Shown piece after piece: positions 10,210 through 23,435 of a stretch of 64,000 nt of DNA. Source of the stretch: Paraspadella gotoi. Its lineage: Eukaryota; Animalia; Chaetognatha. The DNA is taken from the NCBI GenBank assembly GCA_051294375.1, contig CM119269.1, positions 22,865,808 through 22,929,807 on the forward strand. The letters are read 5' to 3'. How positions within the stretch are numbered: position 1 is the stretch's first letter; every line of letters starts with the position of its first letter. Below the pieces are notes generated by a model. That model did not search any database. It saw only the letters and a list, made by a program, of their open reading frames with translations, and had not been told where the DNA came from. The position numbers were made by a program, and so were the translations under genes.

Positions 10210-12882
10210 TTTCGTCGTCGTTGTTGTCGTCGTCTGACTTGTAGTCATACTGCGGTGTCCGTCGTTCTCTTCATCTTCCGTCACGTCTTCATCATCTTAG
10301 TACTTCAGAGTCGCGTCGTCGTCTTCACTTCGTCGTCTTCTTCATCGTCGTCGTCATCCGTCGTCGTCGGTCCGTTCTTCTTCAGTCGCTGTCGTACGTC
10401 ATCGTCCTCGTCAGCGTCATCGGTCGCTCCCCAGCCAAAAATAAAAAAATACAAGACCGATTTGCGTCTCATTATGCCTCATTAGTTTTTTGGCTATTTA
10501 GTGGTTTATTTCTTTATTCAAGCCGGCCCGTCTGTCGTCCGTCGCTCGTCGTCGTCGAGTCGTCGTGTTCGTCATCATCATCGTCGTCGTCGTGGTCGTC
10601 GTCGTCATCATCGTCGTCGTCGTCTTCGTCGTCGTCTTCGTTGTTGTCTTCATCTTCTTCGTCGTCGTCTTCATCGTCGTCGTAGTCGTCGTCGTCTTCA
10701 TCTTCGTTGTCGTCGTCATCGTCTTCATCTTCATCGTCTTCATCTTCGTCGTTGTCGTCATCATCTTCGTCGTCGTCGTCGTCTTCATCTTCATCGTCGT
10801 CGTCTTCTTCATCGTCGTCGTCATCGTCCTCATCGTCGTCTACGTCCTCCCGATTTGCGTCTCTCTTATCCTCATCTGTTTTACGTTTTTGGCTTTTATG
10901 GTTTATTCTTTTTCAAGGCCGCGCGTCCGTCGTCGTCATCGTCGTCGTCATCGTCTTCATTGTCGTCGTCGTCATCATCATCGTTCATGCGTCATCATCA
11001 TCGTCGTCGTTGTCATCGTCGTCGTCATCATCGTCGTCGTCGTCATCATCATGCCGTGCGTCGTTGTATCTGTCGTCTTCATCTTCGGTTGTCGCGGTCG
11101 TCGTCGTCTTCAATCTTCGTCGACTTCATCTTCGTCGTCGTCGTCATCGTCCGTCGTCATCAATCGTCGTCGTCGTCGTCTTCATCTTCGGTCGTCGTCG
11201 TCATCTTTTGTTGTTCGTTCGTTGTCTTCATCTTCGTGCGTCGTCGTCATCGTCGTCGTCATCATCGTGCGTGCGTCGTTCGTCTTCATCTTCGTCCGTC
11301 GTCGTCATCTTTGGTTGTTCGTCGTTGTTCTTCAATCTTCGTCGTCGTCGTGCGTCGTCGTTCTTCATGCTTCGTTGTCGTCGTCGTCGTCGTCTTCATC
11401 TCGTCAGACTTCAATCTTCGTCGGTCGTCGTCAAATAGTCGTCGTCATCATCAGTCGTCGTCGTAAGTCTTTCATCTCGTCTCGTCGGTCCGTCATCTTT
11501 GATTGTCGTCGTTGTCTTCATCCTTCGTCGTCGTCGTCATCGTCGTCGTCATCATCGTCGTTCGTTCGTCGTCTCATCTTCGTCGTCGTGTCATCTTTTG
11601 TTGTCGTCGTCTGTCTTCAATCTTCGTCGTCAGTGTCGTCGTCGTCTCAATCTTCGTTGTCGTCGTCGTCGTCGATCTTCGCTCTTCGTCTTCACGTCGA
11701 CGGTTCATCATCATCGTCATACGTCAGTCATATCGTCGTCGTTCCATCGTCGTCGTCTCAAGTGTCGTCGTCTTCATCTTCGTCGTCGTCGTCGTCGCTT
11801 CATCTTTCGTTGTCGTCGTCGTCGTCGTTCATCTCGTTTCGATAGCTTTCGTCATTCGCTCGTATCGTCGGTCGTCGTCATCGTATCGATCTTTCGTCGT
11901 CGCCTCATCTTGTTGTCGTCGTTGTCTTCATCTTTAGTCCGTCGTCGTCGTCGTCCGCATTTTATGGCCTCTGTTTTTGGTCATGGAGCATTTTTCAATT
12001 TTCTATGAAGACGACGCACAGACATCTGGTTGCTGACAAAGAATGACAACAATGATTATGCGATGATGACGACGACGACGATGATACGACAACGACTATG
12101 ACTACGACCAGAGGACGACCAATGAAGACGAAGTCGGCCAAAAGACGACGACAACAACAAACGGAGGATGACAACGCACGATCGACAAAGACCAAAAAAC
12201 AACAACGACGACGTACAACATACGAGCGACAACCTTGACCTACACATCATCGACGACGCAGACAACAAGACACGTGCTTAGGTCGCAAGACGACAAGACA
12301 GATAACGCAACAACGCGTAACAGAACGACATAGACAACGACGCAACGGACAACACAGACAACGGACGACAAACGACGGAACAACAACGACGACGACTAAG
12401 ACGACAACAACGACGGACGGACAACAACGACGACGACAACGACGGGACGACACAACTGACGACGACAACGACGACGACAACAACGACGACAACAAGCAGA
12501 CAACGACACAAAGACAACGACGACATAACAACGAACGACAACAGACGACAACGAGACGACGACACAACGACGACGAGACACAACGACGACGACAACAACT
12601 GATACGGACGACAAGTCAACGACGACGACAACCGACGAACAACGAGCGACGACAAGACGACTGACAAAACGACGGACGACAAACGGAACAACAACACGAC
12701 GACGACAGACCAAGCGACGACGACAACAACGACGACGCAACACGACAAACCGCAACAACGACGACGACAACGATACAACGACGTCGAGCAACAACGACGA
12801 CCATATGAACGAGCGACAACGACGACAACAGAAGACGACGACAACGACAACAACGACGACGACAAACAACGACGACGACGTC
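10210..12882. repeat. Long degenerate (GTC/TTC/ATC)n array switching to (GAC/AAC)n at about 11955-12005
   Basis: Directly visible; indel-rich. The switch region is repeated in cleaner form at 13850-14105. Confidence 0.9.
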
Positions 12883-12909
12883 TGTTTATGGGGAAAAAAA
12901 CATGGTCTT

Positions 12910-13380
12910 TCACTTCCAGTTGATTGATTTTGAGGAGGAGAGGAGAGCGAAGGAAGGGGGAGGAAAAGGGAGGAAGAGAAGAGGAAGGAGGAGGAGAGAG
13001 GAAGAGGGCGAGGAGGAAAGGAAAGAAATGAGAGTGAGGATAAGGAAGGAGGAAGAGGGGAGGAAAAGGAGGAGGAGGAGGAGGAGGAGGATGAGAGCGG
13101 GCAGGAAAATAGAGAAAGAGAAGGAGGCAGGAGGAGGAGGAAAGAGGGTGGAGGAAAAGGAGAAGAAGAGGAGGAGAAGAGGGAGGAGGAAAGAGGGCGG
13201 AGGAAAAAGAGAAAAGAGAGAAAAGTGAGGAGGAGCAGAGAGGAGGAAGAAGGGGGAGGAAAAGGAGAAAGGAAAGAAGAGCAGGAAAGGAGGTAAAGAA
13301 GAGAAGGTAGGAAGTATATGAGTATGTTGAATATGAGATAGAAGGAGGAGGAAGGAGAGAAGAGGAGGAGGGAAAGAGTT
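12910..13380. repeat. (GAG/GAA)n polypurine tract
   Basis: Directly visible. Confidence 0.9.
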
Positions 13381-13849
13381 TTGAAGCAGAGGGGTTACAG
13401 CTTGTGCGTTCATTTTCAATTGAGAAATTAGTTTCTTCAACACTGAATTTACATTATTTGGTAGTAGTTTTTAGTGAATCGTTTCCTTCATATATTTTCT
13501 TTTCCGTTAGAAGTCTCATTTTAACTATTATCGCAAATACTTTTATAATTTTAGAGTTTAATAATAATTGAATTTTCAAATTAATCTATAGATATATTTC
13601 TGTGGTAATTCTTTGTTGCTTTACCAAATGGTGTAATTTTTTCTCTTACTCTAAAAAGGACTCTCTCTATGTTCTTGATAGAATATTCCTCATTGTTCCA
13701 AAAATCTGTTAATGTCTTTTGTTTTTATTGAATTAGATGAAAAAAAAAAGAAAATAAAAAAAAAAGATTTTGAATTTCAATACGGTATTTTAGTTTTTAC
13801 CACCTACCTTGCTTTCGCAGTCTANNNNNNNNNNNNNNNNNNNNNNNNN

Positions 13850-15623
13850 TTGTCGTCGTTGTCTTCATCTTAGTCGTCGTCGTCGTCGTCCCATTTTATG
13901 GGCCTCTGTTTTGGTCATGGAGCATTTTTCAATTTTTTCATGAAAGACGACGACGATGTTGCTGACAAAGATGACAACAATGATTATGCGATGATGACGA
14001 CGACGACGATGATAACGACAACGACTATGACGACGACGACAATGAAGACGAAGTCGGCCACAAAGACGACGACAACAACAAACGGAGATGACAACCACGA
14101 CGACGAGGGGAGGAAAAAGAAGAGAAAAAAGGAGGAGGAGGAGAGGAGAGGAAGAGGGGAGGAAAAGGAGAAAGAAGAAGAGAGGAGGAGGAGAAGAGAG
14201 AAGGAGAAAAGAGATGANNNNNNNNNNNNNNNNNNNNNNNNNNNNNNNNNNNNNNNNNNNNNNNNNNNNNNNNNNNNNNNNNNNNNNNNNNNNNNNNNNN
14301 NNNNNNNNNNNNNNNNNNNNNNNNNNNNNNNNNNNNNNNNNNNNNNNNNNNNNNNNNNNNNNNNNNNNNNNNNNNNNNNNNNNNNNNNNNNNNNNNNNNN
14401 NNNNNNNNNNNNNNNNNNNNNNNNNNNNNNNNNNNNNNNNNNNNNNNNNNNNNNNNNNNNNNNNNNNNNNNNNNNNNNNNNNNNNNNNNNNNNNNNNNNN
14501 NNNNNNNNNNNNNNNNNNNNNNNNNNNNNNNNNNNNNNNNNNNNNNNNNNNNNNNNNNNNNNNNNNNNNNNNNNNNNNNNNNNNNNNNNNNNNNNNNNNN
14601 NNNNNNNNNNNNNNNNNNNNNNNNNNNNNNNNNNNNNNNNNNNNNNNNNNNNNNNNNNNNNNNNNNNNNNNNNNNNNNNNNNNNNNNNNNNNNNNNNNNN
14701 NNNNNNNNNNNNNNNNNNNNNNNNNNNNNNNNNNNNNNNNNNNNNNNNNNNNNNNNNNNNNNNNNNNNNNNNNNNNNNNNNNNNNNNNNNNNNNNNNNNN
14801 NNNNNNNNNNNNNNNNNNNNNNNNNNNNNNNNNNNNNNNNNNNNNNNNNNNNNNNNNNNNNNNNNNNNNNNNNNNNNNNNNNNNNNNNNNNNNNNNNNNN
14901 NNNNNNNNNNNNNNNNNNNNNNNNNNNNNNNNNNNNNNNNNNNNNNNNNNNNNNNNNNNNNNNNNNNNNNNNNNNNNNNNNNNNNNNNNNNNNNNNNNNN
15001 NNNNNNNNNNNNNNNNNNNNNNNNNNNNNNNNNNNNNNNNNNNNNNNNNNNNNNNNNNNNNNNNNNNNNNNNNNNNNNNNNNNNNNNNNNNNNNNNNNNN
15101 NNNNNNNNNNNNNNNNNNNNNNNNNNNNNNNNNNNNNNNNNNNNNNNNNNNNNNNNNNNNNNNNNNNNNNNNNNNNNNNNNNNNNNNNNNNNNNGGAGGA
15201 GGAAGAAGAGGAGGAGGAAGAAGAAGAGGAGGAGGAAGAGTTCTGAAGCAGAGTAACTTGTGGTTCATTTCAATTGAGAATTAGTTCTTCAACCTAATTT
15301 ACATATTGTAGTAGTTTAGATCGTTTCTCATATATTTTCTTTTCGTAGAAGTCTCATTTTACTATTATCGCAATACTTTTATAGAGTTTAATAATAATTG
15401 AATTTTCAAATTAATATATAGATATTTCGTGGTAATTTTGTTGCTTTACAAATGGATGTATTTTTCTTACTCTAAAGGACTCTCTTATGTTTGATAGAAT
15501 ATTCTCATTGTCAAAAATCTGTTAATGTCTTTTGTTTTTATTGAATTAGAGAAAAAAAAAAGAATAAAAAAAAATTATTGAATTTCAATACGTATTTTAG
15601 TTTTTACTTGCTTTCCAGTCTAT
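13850..15623. repeat. Direct duplicate of about 11912-13824 (over-filled gap)
   Basis: 13850-14105 matches 11912-12175 and 15232-15623 matches 13372-13824; the copies are separated by a 25-N gap. Confidence 0.85.
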
Positions 15624-16922
15624 TACACTGATTATGTTAATACTATTTTTGGTATTAATATTACTAGAAAAAAAATTATTGAGTCACAGTAAAAAAAGTC
15701 TACTGAGTTATTACCTAATATAATATTGTTTAATATTTTTTTAATGTTTAATATAATATAATATAATATAATATAATATTGTGTATTGCGTAATCTAATA
15801 AATCTTCATTTAAATAATAATATAATTAAATCGTTGATTCATATCTCTCTTTTTTTTACAAACCAAAATGTTTTCCTAAGATTTTATTCTAGATATTTTT
15901 AATCAACACTAGTTTAACCTGTGTAGAACTCCCAAGTTATAAAAATATTATTGATGATTGTTTTAGGCAAAAATAAGAAGACGTTTTCGCGATCAAATAT
16001 TTACATGTAATGGTTCAAAAACCATGGCAAACAATTAAAGTAAAAATCATAACCAAGGAAATATAACAATAACAACAATAACAAATAATTATAGAATTAG
16101 CGTTTGTAACGCTCAACAGTAGATAAACGGTTACGTGGGTGAGAAACTTTCATCCACTAAATGGTTGAGTGGTGAGATTCACTAGTGGTGAATGGTAAGG
16201 TCACCGTCGTTGGTTTGTCGTCGTCTTTGTCGTCGTCTTCGTCATTTGGGTCGCTACAACTCCAAGGTTCAATGCTGAACCTTAGCCACACTTTGACCTT
16301 TTTCCTCTCGATATAAAACGCTATCAAGGATGAAAAAGACTCTCAAGAAAATAATGAGATGAATTGAGGAAAACGAGGCAAATAAATCTTGAGAGAGAAA
16401 AAAAAATCTTGGAAAAACTTCAATTCATTTCTGAGAAGAAAAAAAGTTGAAAATTAAAAGAAGAAAATATTGAAAAGGAGAGGAAGTCGACGATGAAGAC
16501 GACAACGACGACGATGATGAAGACGACGATGACAACAACGACGACGATGAAGACGACGACGACGACGACCGTTATGCCCTCATCTTCAATAGACGATTCT
16601 TGGTTGTTGGTGCAAAAAAAAAAGTCTCGTTTTCATTGGGAGAATAAATCACAAGGATAAATACAAACTGGAGCAGAAGAAAAAGGATTGGGAAAAAAAG
16701 GGGAGAGGAGAGGGAGGGAGAGGGAGAGGGAGGGAGAGAGAGGGAGAAGAGAGGGAGAGGAGAATAGAGAGGAGAGGATGGGAGAGAGAGAGGTGAGGCG
16801 TGGAGAAAAGTAAAAAGAAAATAGAAAAATTTGAATCATTATGGATAAATTAAAGTGGAATTAAAATGAGAAAAAAAAACAAGTAAAGACTGAAAGATTA
16901 GGAAAGAACAAAAATAAAAACA

Positions 16923-16924
<2 letters not shown>

Positions 16925-17000
<76 letters not shown>
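16925..17000. repeat. (AAT)n microsatellite
   Basis: Perfect trinucleotide run. Confidence 0.97.
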
Positions 17001-17152
17001 GGATAATATAAAAAATAAAATAAAGAAAAACGAAAAAAAAGCACAAACAACAAAAATTTGAAAAAATTCTCAATTTTTTTTTCTTGACAGAAAATCGAGT
17101 TGAAGAGAAAATCTTTCGCGTGAGATTCGAATTTGCGAAATGTGAAGGTGGA

Positions 17153-17372
17153 CTGCTCGTCTACTCGTCTGCTCGTCTGCTCGTCTGCTCGTCTGCTTTG
17201 CGTGCTCGATCTCTCGTCCTGCTTCTTCTTGTGTCTGCTCGAATGCTTCGTCTCGTCGTTGCTCGCGCTGCTTTGTCTGCTCGAATGCTCGTCTGCTCGA
17301 ATGCTCGAATGCTCGTCTGTCGTCTGCTCGAATTTACTCGTCTGCTCGTCTGCTCGTCTGCTCGTTTGCTCA
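17153..17372. repeat. 8-bp minisatellite (CTGCTCGT / ATGCTCGA)n
   Basis: Repeated TGCTCGTC and TGCTCGAA units. Confidence 0.9.
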
Positions 17373-17947
17373 TGTGATTGTGTGAAAAGCAAATCCTACG
17401 AATGTCGCGTGAAAACCTCTCACGCTTACATTTGTTTTTTATTTTATTTTAAATTATTAACTATTTTCAAATTGATTGGGGGGTTAAAGCTATGTAAAGT
17501 GACATTATTAGAGTAATAAATAATTCAATCTTTATTCTTCATTGCTTAATTACTTCATTGCCCTAATCTTGGCCTAAACTGGTCTCTGACCCCTAATGGT
17601 CTCTTGTCTAATAATTTTTGTCTCTGCTTTATTCTGAACCTCGACTGGACTGTTATCCCAGTTGGCCTCCACTGGCCTCTTACCTCTCTTTTCCTTGAGT
17701 GGTCTCTGACCGGCTGTCGGCCTCTTCTTTGTCTTTTGTTTCTTTGTTTCTTTTTCGTTTCTTTGTTTCTATGTCATTATTTCTTTGTTTCTTTTTTTGT
17801 TTCTTTGTCTTTTGTTTTTTTGTCTTTTGTTTCTTTTTTGTTTTGACATTTTGTCTTTTGTTTGTTATCCTGTTTCCTCCCTTGTTTTCATTTTTTCTCC
17901 TTTGTTCTTTTGTCTTTGCTCCTTTTTTTCGTGTGTAATGACTCCGA

Positions 17948-17954
<7 letters not shown>

Positions 17955-18037
<83 letters not shown>
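17955..18037. repeat. (GA)n microsatellite, representative of dozens of GA/CT tracts in the window
   Basis: Perfect dinucleotide run; others at about 724-781, 1286-1334, 20996-21090, 21191-21261, 22312-22362, 38397-38441, 42870-42910. Confidence 0.97.
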
Positions 18038-18041
<4 letters not shown>

Positions 18042-18446
18042 AAAGAGTTGTTGTTATTGTGATTAATGTTATTTTGTCGTTGATGTTTTGTTTGTTTTAT
18101 TTGTCGTTTTTATTTTTTATTTTTTATTTCTTGTTTTGTTTTCTTTAATTATATACTTTACTTTTGTTCGTTTGTTTACTTTATAAAAAATCATTCTCTC
18201 GTTTTTTTTTAAACAAAATATTGCGATAACTATTTTCGAAAATTGTCGACAGTCAATGTTGTTTATTCCTTTCGACTTTTTCGTTGCTTGGCAACCAAGC
18301 ATTCCAAGTTATTCACCGACCAAAATTGATACTTTTATCAGGAAATTCGCTACGTGAGAGTTGGGAAGCAATAGTTAGATGATTGCTTGTTGCTTGCTGT
18401 GAATTTGTTGATGTAGCTCTAGTTGCGACTGCTTAACACTACTATG

Positions 18447-18660
18447 AAATTGATACAATTAATATAAAAATTATCCATTCATTTAATAAATAAGCTCTCT
18501 TCCCCCTGACTTTGGACAGGCTTTGGTGGTTTAAGGCCTCCATCACTCTTACAAGATAATGACATAGCAGGTCCTTGCAAGCTTTCAATCAAGACTCTCT
18601 CTCAGTCTCGTTTATTCACTCCCAGAGTAACTGGCTTCCCTATCAATGAAGTGGTATAAT
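18447..18660 (-). mobile_element. F1 element, full-length (~210 bp SINE- or MITE-like structured repeat)
   Basis: Near-identical to 19660-19873 with scattered substitutions and unrelated flanks; shared boundary at GAAGTGGTATAAT. Confidence 0.9.
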
Positions 18661-18710
18661 GTTTTGTCTTCAGCACTGTATTACTCCATTATGAAAATAT
18701 CAAGAGAAGA

Positions 18711-18822
18711 GTAGATAAGAAAGGAGAAGATTAGATAAGAAAAGATAAGATTAGATATGAAAAGATAAGATTAAATAAGACAAGTGAAGTTTAGATAAGA
18801 AAAGAGATGAAGTGAAGAAGAC
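18711..18822. repeat. (AGATA/AGAAA)n pentamer repeat
   Basis: Directly visible; a similar tract lies at about 42515-42635. Confidence 0.85.
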
Positions 18823-19144
18823 AACAGTAACTATGATGTACTATTGACAAAAACTATGATGACAATTTTTTTAGTTTTTGAATATTCGTCTGGCAAATGG
18901 GTGACTTTGCTATTGCGGTTGAGAATTACACAGAGAAATTCTTGCAGTTTCTGCAGCAACATCGGTTGAAGAGGCTCAATCGTTGCTAAGAGTCAAATGA
19001 ACTCTTCTACCAAAACAACAACAACAACAATAACAACAACCATGACGACGACGACAACGACTCATTGTCGCCAGATGGCGGTTGGAAAGTTTTTGGAATT
19101 GGATGAGAAGGGAAAGAGGGAGAGGGAAAAGCATAGGGAGAGAG

Positions 19145-19192
<48 letters not shown>

Positions 19193-19567
19193 AGAGAGAG
19201 AGAGAGAAGTGGAAGAGGAGAAAGAGGAAGAGGGTATAGAGGGAAGGAAAGAAGAGGCATCGAAGGAGGGAAAGAAAAGAAAAGAAAAGAAAAGAAAAGA
19301 AAAGAAAAATGTCGAATGAATAATTTTTAAACTTTAGCTACGAAAAAGTTTTAAGAGACGAAAATTCGAAAATTTTGTGGAAGACGAAAAATGAGATGCG
19401 ACTAATTATGTAGGAGGATCTAAAAATAGAATTTTTGGAAAGAGAGAGAAAGAGACAGAGACAGAGACAGAGACAGAGACAGTCGACTTTAAACTTTAAA
19501 GAGTCGGAAATGAGATTCAACAACTTAAATGCGACCAAGCGGATAAAAACCTTTTTCTCCATTTTGA

Positions 19568-19645
19568 ATTTTGAGTTGCGTCGCGAGAACTCCCGGTGAA
19601 ACTCTCTCAGTCACTATTTGGTCGGTCCTTATATCCATCTGTCCA
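19568..19645 (+). mobile_element. Helentron/DINE-1-like end, directly followed by an F1 copy
   Basis: TTTT-GAGTTGCGTCGCGAG..CTCCCGGTGAAACTC imperfect hairpin followed by GGTCGGTCC..CTGTCC; resembles 5476-5525. Confidence 0.5.
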
Positions 19646-19659
19646 TTGATTTACCTTTA

Positions 19660-19873
19660 AAATTGATATAACCAATATAAAAATTATCCATTCATTTAAT
19701 AAATAAGCTATCTTGCCCCTGACTTTGGACAGGCTTTGGTGGTTTAAGGCCTCCATCACTCTTACAAGATAATGACATAGCAGGTCCCTGCAAGCTTTCA
19801 ATCAAGATTCTCTCACAGTCTCGTTTATTCACTCCCAAAGTACCTGGCTTCCCTATCAAAGAAGTGGTATAAT
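19660..19873 (-). mobile_element. F1 element, full-length
   Basis: Matches 18447-18660 and, in reverse complement, 45919-46111. Confidence 0.9.
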
Positions 19874-19959
19874 AGCTCATTATTTAGGAGTTTCCGCATC
19901 AATTTGGTTAATATTCAATAGTAAATTACTACAGCATAAGATGCGTGATGTACATGTTC

Positions 19960-20088
19960 GACTTCCGCTTCTCCGCTTCTCACCTCCGATTTCCGCTTCT
20001 CACTTCCTCTTTTTCGCTTCTCACCTCCGCTTTCCGCTTCTCCGCTTTTCATTTTCGGTTCTCCGCTTCTCACTTTCGCTTCTCATCG
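19960..20088. repeat. (CCGCTTCT)-motif degenerate tandem repeat
   Basis: Repeated TCCGCTTCTC; reverse complement of the motif at 1640-1710. Confidence 0.8.
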
Positions 20089-20577
20089 CCCCAAGGTTTC
20101 GCGTCACAACAAACGAATTCGAGCGACGGGAAAAAAATCTGTTTTATTTGTTGTTTCGTCTTTCGCTCGAGGGATAAAAGCTGTTCTCACTGTACTTGTT
20201 GTTGTTTTCACTGTTGTCGTCGTCGTCATCGTTGTTATTGGGTTTTAGTGTACAGACGAAACTCAATAAATCGTCGTCGAGAGAGATCTACAGTGGGGAG
20301 GAGCGATGAAAAGATTGTTGTGTATGTAATGAAAAATAAATGAGCTTTTGTAAAAAAGAATATTTTCATAACAGTATCATAAATCTTTCTTTATAGTAAT
20401 TTCCATATAAAATCGTAAAATTTCAAAGTGACCAATTTTTAATTGAACTTTTGGCTAGGACTCGGAACAATTGAACAGTTTCATATTCGCCTGAAAAAAA
20501 TTAGGAAACTTCTGTAAAATATGTACAGTTAAAAAAATAAGATTAAAATGGGACAAAAAGATTATTATTCACTTGTT

Positions 20578-20760
20578 CAGTTACCGGGATCAATCCCCCA
20601 AGAGTACCTACCCCGAGGCAAGCGTGAGGACGGCCGTAAACCGACTTGGGGACCTGGAAAACTCTCAGGTCTGGTTCCAAGCCAAGGATTCGTTCCATGG
20701 CTGCTAGAGGGGGTTAAAGAAGTTGCGGATAGCTCTTCCTCAGCCCATTAAGCGCCTTAT
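20578..20760 (+). mobile_element. F2 element copy 2 (most of the tRNA-like head missing)
   Basis: Collinear with 1844-2013: TACC.GGATC.ATCCC, AGTACCTACCC, GGCAAGCGTGAG, GGCC.TAA.CC, GGTTC.AAGCC, GTTCCA, CTGCT, GAGGGGG, GCCCA, CGCCTTAT. Confidence 0.8.
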
Positions 20761-20996
20761 GACATAAGTTATGTCATATATCTTACTTATGACAGACTAC
20801 AGTATCATATCAGGTCAATTTGCGAAATATTCATCGCGAAAAAGACTTAAGTGCCATTCATTTTATTTCGTACGAATTACGAATAAGAAGAAGCAACGTT
20901 GTCATGGAAACTACATAAAATTATTTTTTTCCGTCCAGATTTGTGAGTTTTAGTTGATTGACGAGGAGACGAAGAGGGAGAGAGGACGAGAGTGAT

Positions 20997-21092
<96 letters not shown>

Positions 21093-21185
21093 TGATAAAA
21101 GTGTGGCCTCTGTTTTCTATGTTTGCTTCTTCCTTCAACCCAAAAAATCCCAAATTCCAAACTTCAAACTTTTTCGTCTTTGAAT

Positions 21186-21267
<82 letters not shown>

Positions 21268-21529
21268 GCCCGCCACCTACCCAGCTGCTTTCGGCCTATT
21301 TCTCAGTGCCAGTCATTGCCACTCCTCCTCTTACCAACTGCCATCTCTTCCTCTTACCAACTGCCATCTCTTCCTCCCACTAGTTCTTTTCCTGTCCCTC
21401 TTTTCCTTCCTCTCCTCCTCTTCCTCTTCCTCCTCCTCCTCCTTTCTTCTCTCTCGGGATTAAAAATCTTCTCTCTCGAGAAAAAAAAAAATCTCTTGGA
21501 ATCGAAACTTAAGTTTCTTGGACTCTTTG

Positions 21530-21750
21530 GACGGACACACTGACAGAGATGGAGAGGCTGACGGACTGACATACGGACAGATAGCTAAAGATATATTGGC
21601 CGTTGACTGACAAACCTAGAGACAGACAGACTCTATGACCGATGGACAGACAGAATTGTAGACAAGCTAATTCACAGACAGACATACAGACAGCCCGAAA
21701 AAGTCGCAGACTAACGGACCAACAGCCAGACAGACAGACAGACAGACGGA
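21530..21750. repeat. Degenerate (GACA/GACG)n tract
   Basis: Repeated ACAG/GGAC units. Confidence 0.8.
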
Positions 21751-22309
21751 GAGAAGGAACAAGATTTTATAGGAAATAGGAAATATAAAACTCCGTAGTT
21801 TCAGCTTCGTCTCATCTCACTCACTCTGCTTTCACATCACTCTGTCTCACTCCTTTTCCACCCTCTCTCCGTTTCATCACGTTTTATCTGACTCCATCAA
21901 ACTTCACTTCTCACCGTATTGCTCCCTCTCACATCTCACTTTATCTTTACCCATCATCTTTAAAATCTCACCTGATATTAGTACATCTCTTTATATCTTA
22001 CACTATCTCCAAATACGTTTTATCTCACTCCTTCAGACCTCATCTCTTCTCTTCTCACCCCATCAAACTACATCTCACAACATCAGACCCCATCTAACTA
22101 CATAACCTCCCGAAATGGAACTCGAGTTTTCCAATTCGTCTCAGTCGCTTTTCTCTTCCACCAGCTTTTGTTTCGACCGTCTCTCTCTCTGACTCTCTCT
22201 CTCTCTGACTCTCTCTCTCTCTCTCTCTGTTTTGTTTCTCTCCTCTTCTCGTTTCATTGTTTGTTTTGAATTCGTTTCTCATCCATAATTTGTTTGATTG
22301 ACGAACAGA

Positions 22310-22365
<56 letters not shown>

Positions 22366-23435
22366 CTCTTCGTTCCTTCAATTCTTTCTTTTCCTCCTTT
22401 CTTTCCTTAACTTCTATCCTTTATTTCTTCTTTTCTATTTTCCCCTCTTCTATCCTTTTCTGAGGGTACTCGCCTAATTAAAATTATTATGAAAATTTGC
22501 AAATTACTTGTTTCACTATTTTCTAATTTTATATTTTATGAAGGATTTAGTATTTAATCTATTTAATCTATTTAATCTATTTTATATTTCTATATAGAGC
22601 AAAACATTTTTTTTTACAATTTTTAAATTTTTTGATGGATTCTGATAGAGCATAAAAAGTTAAACAAGAAATATAATTACAACTTTTAAAAATTATTACG
22701 TTTTCTCAGTAAAAATCGAAAAAAACTGATAAAATAATCAAAAAATGATGATGTTGATGATTTTTTGTAGTTTTTCTTATTTTTGACTTACTTATCATAA
22801 AAATATTTAAAAAAGAATTATACTTTGTGTAGACAACTTTTTATGGGCTATCTGAATCTGGTCTTAAAATTTAAAATTTCTCAAAAAAGATTTTGGCCAT
22901 TCCTATTTATAAATAAATATTAAAAAATTAATTACTAGGGTATAGAGCCACATAAGAATTATTTTGTCCATTGAAAGCATACTTATAAATGTATAAATTT
23001 TCGTTTGAGTATGTACTCGCTCTCAATTTTTGACTCGCCCCATTGAGTGCGGCTACCCCTATCACAATCTCACATTCCTTCAAAGGTCTCCATCTTTTTC
23101 TCATGGAATCTCGAATGTACATTTTTATCCCGACCATAAAACAAATTTAATCGGTGATAAACAGACGGAGGGACCGACCGACCGACCAAATTGCTTGTCA
23201 GAGAAAACGACCCGGGATTAATTTCCTTTCTTTTCTTGTTTGTTCTTTTTTCTTCTTTTTTCCCTTTTATTTCTCAGTCGTTAAAAAAGACAAATGGCAA
23301 GACTTTTTTGAAAAGAGAAAAAATGAGCATTATTTCCCGAAACCGTTTCATTTCCGTTTCTAATCCATGAACTGGATTTTAATTTAAAATATTTAACCTT
23401 GTATTTTTGACTTTCTTTTTTGCTATTTAAAATAG

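Noticed and set aside
10498-12913. Long ORFs up to 426 aa (poly-V/S/R/T)
   Set aside because: Translations of stop-free (GTC)n/(GAC)n arrays, open in several frames on both strands.
13865-15284. ORFs of 398-467 aa
   Set aside because: Mostly an N gap of about 980 nt.
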